A DNA stretch of 64,000 nt from a virus. Below the pieces are notes generated by a model. That model worked only from the letters and a program-made list of their open reading frames with translations. It was not told the origin of the DNA and did not search any database. This document shows, piece after piece, positions 58,420 to 64,000 of this stretch (position 1 is the first letter of the stretch; each line of letters begins with the position of its first letter). The DNA lies in the IMG/VR virus record IMGVR_UViG_3300042905_003904, positions 32,001 through 96,000 of that record, one strand, 5' to 3'. Position numbers and translations under genes: made by a program.

Positions 58420-58761
58420 ATGGCTGAAACTCTCGAACAAGTTATTAAAGAACGGGATGCTCTGCGAATTTGCTTTGCAGAAGCCTCCCACAGCGATTGT
58501 GCTAATGGCCGAGAACGATATCTGAAGGATGGGTGGCTGTTTCCAGAGAAAGTCGAAGAACTCGTAAAAGCCGTTTGGAACGCTGCTTTTAGAATTGGTT
58601 ATAATAATGGTTCCTCCAATGCCACTTCCTGGGAATGGGGATGTGGTGGAACTGAACCCAAAGAAGCAGAAAAGGCATGGAAAGAAGATGTTCAATGGAT
58701 GATAGATACAGAATTTGATCCCATAGACATTAAGGACCCAAAACATTGGGAGCGGGTTTAG
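58420..58761 (+). CDS. Hypothetical protein (probable start 58420)
   Basis: TAATATG coupling. Confidence 0.55.
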   Translation: MAETLEQVIKERDALRICFAEASHSDCANGRERYLKDGWLFPEKVEELVKAVWNAAFRIGYNNGSSNATSWEWGCGGTEPKEAEKAWKEDVQWMIDTEFDPIDIKDPKHWERV

Positions 58762-58798
58762 AATAGACATTCCCGGCAATTTATCAGAATATCTTTAT

Positions 58799-59056
58799 AT
58801 GAAACACATCAAACAAATCGAAGTAGAAGCATTTACTGATGGCGCTGGTCGTCCCACCTGTGCTACTAATTTTCAGACTGGTGAAGTTTGTAAATTTTAC
58901 AGGACCCAACGATTTGGTTGCCATGAAACTTGTGTATTTGCTGAGGATAATGGAAAATATTCCGATGGAATGCAACGCCGAACCTCGCTTACTGGTGTGG
59001 CTGGTGATGGCACACTAATCCCTTTGAAAACGTGTCCTATTTGGAATAAAGTTTAA
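58799..59056 (+). CDS. Cys-rich hypothetical protein
   Basis: PTC..VCKF..FGC..C..CPIW. Confidence 0.6.
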   Translation: MKHIKQIEVEAFTDGAGRPTCATNFQTGEVCKFYRTQRFGCHETCVFAEDNGKYSDGMQRRTSLTGVAGDGTLIPLKTCPIWNKV

Positions 59057-59057
59057 T

Positions 59058-59255
59058 ATGAAACCAGAAATCAAAGTTAAAATAGACAATCTACGACAGA
59101 AGGATCCTCATGATCTAGATGGCTGGATTCATGGGTGGTTGCGTTATGAAGCCTTGCGAAAATTGAATGTCATGGAATTTGCTGGCCTATTTGAACGCAA
59201 CATTCGCGGCGAAAACTTTGATGAAATGATCGATGAGTTAATTTTGTTACATTAA
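59058..59255 (+). CDS. Hypothetical protein
   Basis: RYEALRKLN..F..L...NI.GENFD. Confidence 0.6.
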   Translation: MKPEIKVKIDNLRQKDPHDLDGWIHGWLRYEALRKLNVMEFAGLFERNIRGENFDEMIDELILLH

Positions 59256-59256
59256 T

Positions 59257-59418
59257 ATGATAATCACAGTTGCTTACCATAATTGGATAAAAACATTAGA
59301 TTGGACGCCAAATATACCCCTGTGCGAATATACGGGGTTTATACGGCTGGACGGAGATCTAAAAGAAATTCGCGAAATTCATAGAACCAAAAACGGAATT
59401 CAAATAGAACTAATATGA
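59257..59418 (+). CDS. Small hypothetical protein (53 aa)
   Basis: TAATATG coupling; fills the gap before the YopX-like gene. Confidence 0.45.
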   Translation: MIITVAYHNWIKTLDWTPNIPLCEYTGFIRLDGDLKEIREIHRTKNGIQIELI

Positions 59419-59873
59419 ACCGAGAAATTAAATTTCGAGCGTGGTTTAACGAAATGCAAGCACCCCAAATGATTTATCCTCATTTGGATGATTTTATTTA
59501 TTGGGATGGTTTAGTAGCAGCCCAATTGGATATATGTGTTTATAAAAATATGGAGATTTCATATATTCCAGTAAATGGCACTAGATATCCAGATCAGCTA
59601 GGAGAACTCTCAGATACTTTGTGGGATGCTCCTAATAGCACATTAATGCAATTTACTGGAATGAAAGACAGGGCTGGAAATGATGTATACGAAGGGGACA
59701 TCATTTCACATCAACGTGAAAGTTATAAACCTTATGTGGTAGAATATAACGAACGAACAGGATCATTTACGGCTAGTGGCTATGGAATTAATACTAATGT
59801 TGGACAATGTGTTAGCATGTGTAGTTTAACTGTTGTTGGAAATATCTTTGAAAATCCTGAATTGTTAAAGTAA
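59415..59873 (+). CDS. YopX-family protein
   Basis: REIKFRAW, MQFTG.KD..G..VYEGDI, VVGNIFENPELL. Confidence 0.88.
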   Translation: MNREIKFRAWFNEMQAPQMIYPHLDDFIYWDGLVAAQLDICVYKNMEISYIPVNGTRYPDQLGELSDTLWDAPNSTLMQFTGMKDRAGNDVYEGDIISHQRESYKPYVVEYNERTGSFTASGYGINTNVGQCVSMCSLTVVGNIFENPELLK

Positions 59874-59882
59874 ACTCTTATT

Positions 59883-60197
59883 ATGAAGAAGTGCCCCAAA
59901 CAATTCGAAGATAATGACTTCCGTCGAACCCAGATTTGCCGCGAAGGAAACGTTGCCATCTATAAACAGGAACCCGTAAAACTTTCTTACGGCCCTTACT
60001 ATGAAGTAGTGGTCATCGAATGGAAGAAACGATGCGAAATTAAAGGACCCAAAGGACAAATCAATGTCATTGAGGCAGGAGAACATTACCCCGGAAATAG
60101 TTTGTGGGGACAAAAAGGATGGACCTATACTAATCTACCCGAAGCTCAAATTAAATTTGCTAAAGTGGTAAAACAAGAAATTAAGAAACTGTCATGA
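59883..60197 (+). CDS. Hypothetical protein
   Basis: REGNVAIY.Q, YEVV.I, E.YP....WG..GWT. Confidence 0.65.
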   Translation: MKKCPKQFEDNDFRRTQICREGNVAIYKQEPVKLSYGPYYEVVVIEWKKRCEIKGPKGQINVIEAGEHYPGNSLWGQKGWTYTNLPEAQIKFAKVVKQEIKKLS

Positions 60198-60592
60198 AGC
60201 CAATTAAATTTAGAACGTGGGATATTAAGAAGAAAAAATGGGTTCTTTCTATTCCACCAGAGGAATACATGTTGGATGAAGATTGTTGGGATCAACCACA
60301 AGATCCCGAAGACGCATGGTTTATTTGTCCTGCTAACCCCTTGCCAACATTTAAGGGTCGTTTAATACACCAACAGTTTATTGGTTTAAAAGATTCTAAA
60401 GGAACCGAAATCTATGAAGGGGATATCGTGAAAGGAAATTTGTCTTCTTTTGGGGAATCCTATTTTGCGGAGGTTAAATGGAGTGCGTTTATGTGGAACG
60501 CCTTGACCTTCGGTGGGAATAATGTTTGGTTGTCAGACGTTTTGGAGGTGATGGGAAATATCTTTGAAAATAGTGATTTATTAAAAGATTAA
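60194..60592 (+). CDS. YopX-family protein (second paralog)
   Basis: IKFRTWD, QQFIGLKD.KG.EIYEGDIV, EVMGNIFEN. Confidence 0.88.
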   Translation: MKPIKFRTWDIKKKKWVLSIPPEEYMLDEDCWDQPQDPEDAWFICPANPLPTFKGRLIHQQFIGLKDSKGTEIYEGDIVKGNLSSFGESYFAEVKWSAFMWNALTFGGNNVWLSDVLEVMGNIFENSDLLKD

Positions 60593-60605
60593 CTTAAAAT
60601 GGAGA

Positions 60606-61040
60606 ATGGCTTCCGAATTAACCCTCTTAAATCAGAAACAAATAGGAAGTTTGATGCGCCGCTGCATTCGGTTGGCCCAAAAGGCTCCTGTGGATTTCTT
60701 TTATATTAAGAAATTAAAGGGGTGTCAGGGTTTGTGGTATCCAGAGAGAACAGAGAACGATCCGGTGGATTCTGGGCGGTTTCATGATAAGAAACATATC
60801 ATTTTAGATCCCCGGCGTGGGTTTATTGGCACTTTAATTCACGAATTAATTCATGAACTCGAACCAGATTGGACGGAGCGACAGGTTTTATATGCTGATT
60901 CTCGCTGCATAAACTGCGCGTCCTTGCATTTGATTTTAAAACTCCTGAAGGTCGTCGTTGACAAGGTTTATAAAAGGGAAGCGCAGAAAATAAAAAAGAA
61001 ATTTCCCAAAAGAAACACAGAGATTAAAGCATCAAACTGA
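60606..61040 (+). CDS. Putative zincin-like metalloprotein (HExxH)
   Basis: IILDPR..TLIHELIH..E. Confidence 0.55.
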   Translation: MASELTLLNQKQIGSLMRRCIRLAQKAPVDFFYIKKLKGCQGLWYPERTENDPVDSGRFHDKKHIILDPRRGFIGTLIHELIHELEPDWTERQVLYADSRCINCASLHLILKLLKVVVDKVYKREAQKIKKKFPKRNTEIKASN

Positions 61041-61054
61041 TAAATAATGATCCT

Positions 61055-63082
61055 ATGTTAACTACTGAAGCAGTTGGAAATACTGCACCTCGAATTGTGG
61101 AATCTTATGAGTCGGATTTATTGCCTAAAGAATTTTTAGAACCCTATCAAACTAAGAAAGTTCCGTGGGGGTTTAATGGGCTGGGATATATTGTCTATAA
61201 AAGAACATATGCCCGCAAATTGAATGATTCCGATCAAACCGAAGAATGGTGGCAAACAGTGGCTCGTGCGGTAAATGGGGCACAAAAAATTGGCGCAAAA
61301 TATACCCAGGAAGAAGCCCAACAACTTTATGATTTGGTATTTAATCTAAAATGTAATTTTTCTGGTAGGGCTCTTTGGCAACTAGGAACATCTACGGTAG
61401 ATCGGTTTGGTGGGAACAGTCTGTTGAATTGTTGGTTTGTGGCAATGAACGAACCCAAAGCATTCACTTTCCTATTTGAAAATTTGATGCTCGGCGGCGG
61501 AGTTGGATTTTCTATTCGTCGAGAAGATATTCACGAACTCCCCAAGATTAAACGAGGGGTTAAAACAGAACATCAAAATGTTAAGGATGCTGATTTTATT
61601 GTTCCAGATTCCCGACAGGGATGGGTTCAACTGTTGGTAAAAGTTTTAGAAGCCTTTTATGTTACTGGAAAATCTTTCACGTATTCTACGATTTTAGTTC
61701 GTGGGGCTAATGAGAAAATTCATGGATTTGGAGGCACCGCCTCTGGCCCGGGCATTCTGATTGATGGTATCGAAAAGATCGGCAAAATTTTTCAACAAAG
61801 AGAAGGAAAGAAGCTTCGTTCTTTGGATGTATTGGATATCAACAATATTATTGGCAGTATTGTAGTGGCTGGTAATGTCCGAAGATCTGCCCAAATTGCT
61901 TTAGGAGATCCAGATGATTATCTCTTTTTAAGGGCCAAGAATTGGTCTCTGGGAAACATTCCAAATACTCGGGCTATGTCCAATAATACCATCTATGCGG
62001 ATGATTACGAACATATCAGTCCAGAAATTTGGGATAACGGGTATATCAAAGATTCTAAAACGGGAATGGCAAAAGGAGAAGCTTATGGGTTTTTCAATCT
62101 TCCACTCTCTCAGAAGTTTGGCCGTCTTAAAGACGGGTTAATGAAAGGATGCCGAATGTATCCTGCAGAATATGATAATGTTACAGGAACAAATCCGTGT
62201 GGGGAAATTTCATTAGCTTCTTGGGAATGTTGCAATCTGGCGGAAATTTATTTGAACAATATTACCAGCAAAGAAGAATTGTTTTTGGCTGCCCGCCTCC
62301 AATACAAAACCCAAAAAGCAATTGCAGCCCTTCAATTCTTGCACGAAGAAACCAATAAAATCGTGCATAAGAATATGCGTCTTGGTCAGGGAGTTACTGG
62401 CGTATGCCAATCCTTAGATAAATTAGAATGGTTGGATGAATGCTATGTCAAGCTTCGTAAATTTGACAAGGAATGGAGTAAGCAAAATAATTGGCCTGAA
62501 AGTATTAAGTTGACCACTATTAAACCATCAGGCACTTTATCTCTATTGGCCGGATCTACTCCAGGTGGACACGGTGCTATTTATCCGTTTTATATTCGAA
62601 ACATCAGAATGTCTTCCCAAGACGCTTTGGTTCCGTTCTGTCGGAATATTGGGTGTGCTGTGGAATATGCCAGAAACTTCGACAAGTCTAAAAACTATGA
62701 TACTGTGGTGGTTAGCTTTCCGTGTCAATCCAACGGGGCTGTGTTGGCTAGTGAATTAGGAGCCATCAAACAATTAGAATTGGTAAAGACCCTACAAACG
62801 GTTTGGTCAGACAATGCTGTGTCTGTAACCGTTTATTACCGCCCAGAAGAACTTGACGACATCAAAGTTTGGCTTAAAGAAAATTACGAAACCGGAATTA
62901 AGTCAGTTAGTTTCTTGCTTCATGATGACCACGGATTCGATCAAGCACCATACATTGAAGTTTCTGAAGAAGAATATGGTAAACTGGTGGCTGGAATGAA
63001 GCCCATTACCAACATCCAGAATCTGGGGGATGGTGATTTGGAAACTATGGAATGTGCTGGTGGGGCATGTCCTATTAAATAA
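61055..63082 (+). CDS. nrdJ: Class II (adenosylcobalamin) ribonucleoside-triphosphate reductase, monomeric type
   Basis: YKRTYAR, GRALW, LLNC, GGGVG, PDSRQGW, GNVRRSA, TNPCGE, TIKPSGT, QAPY, C-terminal ECAGGACPIK. Confidence 0.95.
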   Translation: MLTTEAVGNTAPRIVESYESDLLPKEFLEPYQTKKVPWGFNGLGYIVYKRTYARKLNDSDQTEEWWQTVARAVNGAQKIGAKYTQEEAQQLYDLVFNLKCNFSGRALWQLGTSTVDRFGGNSLLNCWFVAMNEPKAFTFLFENLMLGGGVGFSIRREDIHELPKIKRGVKTEHQNVKDADFIVPDSRQGWVQLLVKVLEAFYVTGKSFTYSTILVRGANEKIHGFGGTASGPGILIDGIEKIGKIFQQREGKKLRSLDVLDINNIIGSIVVAGNVRRSAQIALGDPDDYLFLRAKNWSLGNIPNTRAMSNNTIYADDYEHISPEIWDNGYIKDSKTGMAKGEAYGFFNLPLSQKFGRLKDGLMKGCRMYPAEYDNVTGTNPCGEISLASWECCNLAEIYLNNITSKEELFLAARLQYKTQKAIAALQFLHEETNKIVHKNMRLGQGVTGVCQSLDKLEWLDECYVKLRKFDKEWSKQNNWPESIKLTTIKPSGTLSLLAGSTPGGHGAIYPFYIRNIRMSSQDALVPFCRNIGCAVEYARNFDKSKNYDTVVVSFPCQSNGAVLASELGAIKQLELVKTLQTVWSDNAVSVTVYYRPEELDDIKVWLKENYETGIKSVSFLLHDDHGFDQAPYIEVSEEEYGKLVAGMKPITNIQNLGDGDLETMECAGGACPIK

Positions 63083-63138
63083 GCGGTCCATTCCAACTTT
63101 GAAGTTGTATTCTATTTTAACCTAAATAGAATATCGAT

Positions 63139-64000
63139 ATGACGTTTAAAGAATTTTACACAGAAGCCACCAAAGTGCCTTTGACTAATTGGGCCGACTT
63201 GCAACAAAAGTCTCCCATGTTAAAGGCTGCCGTTGGGCTTTTAGCTGCCATTGAAGAAGTAAATAGTTCTGCGGAAGCCTTGATTGTGGGTGGCGCCGTT
63301 CGAGACATTCTTCTTCAAAAGGACCCGAAGGATGTTGATATTGCTACTAATTTACCCACAGACGAATTGACCCGTCATTTCAAAACGCATGACGTGGGGG
63401 CCAGTAAAGATTTTGGTATTCATACCGTAACCTGGGAGGGATATCAATTTGAGGTGGCCGCATTTCGTTCTGAAACGGGAAGCGCAGATAATCGTCGCCC
63501 AGACTCCGTGTCCAAAGTCGATTCTTTCGAAGAAGACTCGAAACGTCGTGATATCACTTTCAACGCGCTTGGACTCAGTAGAGATGGCGTTATTATTGAC
63601 TATCACAACGGCATCGAGGATTTGAATAACAAGATTGTTCGCACTGTAGGCAATGCTCGGGAGAGATTTAAGGAAGATGGCTTGCGGATTTGTCGGGTAA
63701 TGCGTTTTGCCTCAAAGATGGGATTTAAAATTGAACCAGACACCAAGAAGGCCATCATTGAACTCAAACATTTGGTAGAAACAATGCCGGGTGAAAGGGT
63801 GCGGGATGAAATGCTTAAAGCTGCAACGAGTGGTAATTCCTTAGCAGATTACTTCATCCATTTAAATGATGTGGGTCTTTTAGAAAAGATTCTGCCAGAG
63901 TTTAAGGCTATGGAAGGTAAGCCACATACCAAAGAAACCCACCCAGAAGGGGGCGTTTTTGAGCACGTTATATCTGCGATGCGACAGTCTAGGTCTACAG
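63139..64000 (+). CDS. cca: CCA-adding tRNA nucleotidyltransferase (class II, HD domain beginning), 3'-truncated; missing from ORF track
   Basis: Own translation: MTFKEFYTEATK...VGGAVRD..DVDIAT..EVAAFR.E..RRDITFNA..EDGLR..RF..ERV.DE..HPEGGVFEH; TAAATA at 63123-63128. Confidence 0.93.
   Translation, partial: MTFKEFYTEATKVPLTNWADLQQKSPMLKAAVGLLAAIEEVNSSAEALIVGGAVRDILLQKDPKDVDIATNLPTDELTRHFKTHDVGASKDFGIHTVTWEGYQFEVAAFRSETGSADNRRPDSVSKVDSFEEDSKRRDITFNALGLSRDGVIIDYHNGIEDLNNKIVRTVGNARERFKEDGLRICRVMRFASKMGFKIEPDTKKAIIELKHLVETMPGERVRDEMLKAATSGNSLADYFIHLNDVGLLEKILPEFKAMEGKPHTKETHPEGGVFEHVISAMRQSRST

Noticed and set aside
12939-63082. Inteins or self-splicing introns in polB, helicase, terL, nrdJ
   Set aside because: All are continuous ORFs of normal length with contiguous motifs
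63352-63606. 84-aa minus-strand ORF
   Set aside because: Antisense to the CCA-adding enzyme, which the track missed because it runs off the window end
1-64000. Stop-codon reassignment
   Set aside because: Conserved genes are full length in the standard code, and TAA, TAG and TGA all end genes at expected positions
1-64000. tRNA genes, reverse transcriptase or DGR
   Set aside because: No cloverleaf in the short intergenic gaps and no RT motifs seen by eye; tRNAscan would be the definitive check

Overview
This 64-kb window is an internal segment of a large T4-like myovirus (Caudoviricetes) genome. It reads in the standard genetic code, and I saw no tRNA, CRISPR array or reverse transcriptase. 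Layout: (1) 1-6957, a glycan-synthesis island (GT2, GT17-like, radical SAM, two SAM methyltransferases, GT8-like, GT10-like, an SDR epimerase, a GDP-mannose 3,5-epimerase-like enzyme). (2) 6992-32887, a + strand replication/recombination module (gp46, PolB gp43, UvsX, gp41, DHH phosphoesterase, gp32, gp45). It is interleaved with a dispersed 7-deazaguanine pathway (FolE2, QueD, QueE, TGT/DpdA-like), a GT-B glycosyltransferase, RtcB and two free-standing homing endonucleases. (3) 32884-57587, a mostly - strand virion module (gp5 spike, hub, TerL, gp53, tail tube and sheath, neck) with PhoH and a dNMP kinase. (4) 57616-64000, small accessory ORFs, two YopX-like genes, a class II ribonucleotide reductase and a CCA-adding enzyme cut by the window end. 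Best leads: a possible deazaguanine plus glycosyl DNA-modification system; a late CCA-adding enzyme whose N-terminus resembles a T4 capsid-targeting sequence; an intein stripped of its splicing termini next to folE2; near-leaderless promoter architecture; a gp5 with a lysozyme-like domain inside its OB-fold; and gene-start duplications flanking inserted small ORFs. All protein calls come from motif recognition by eye, not database searches.
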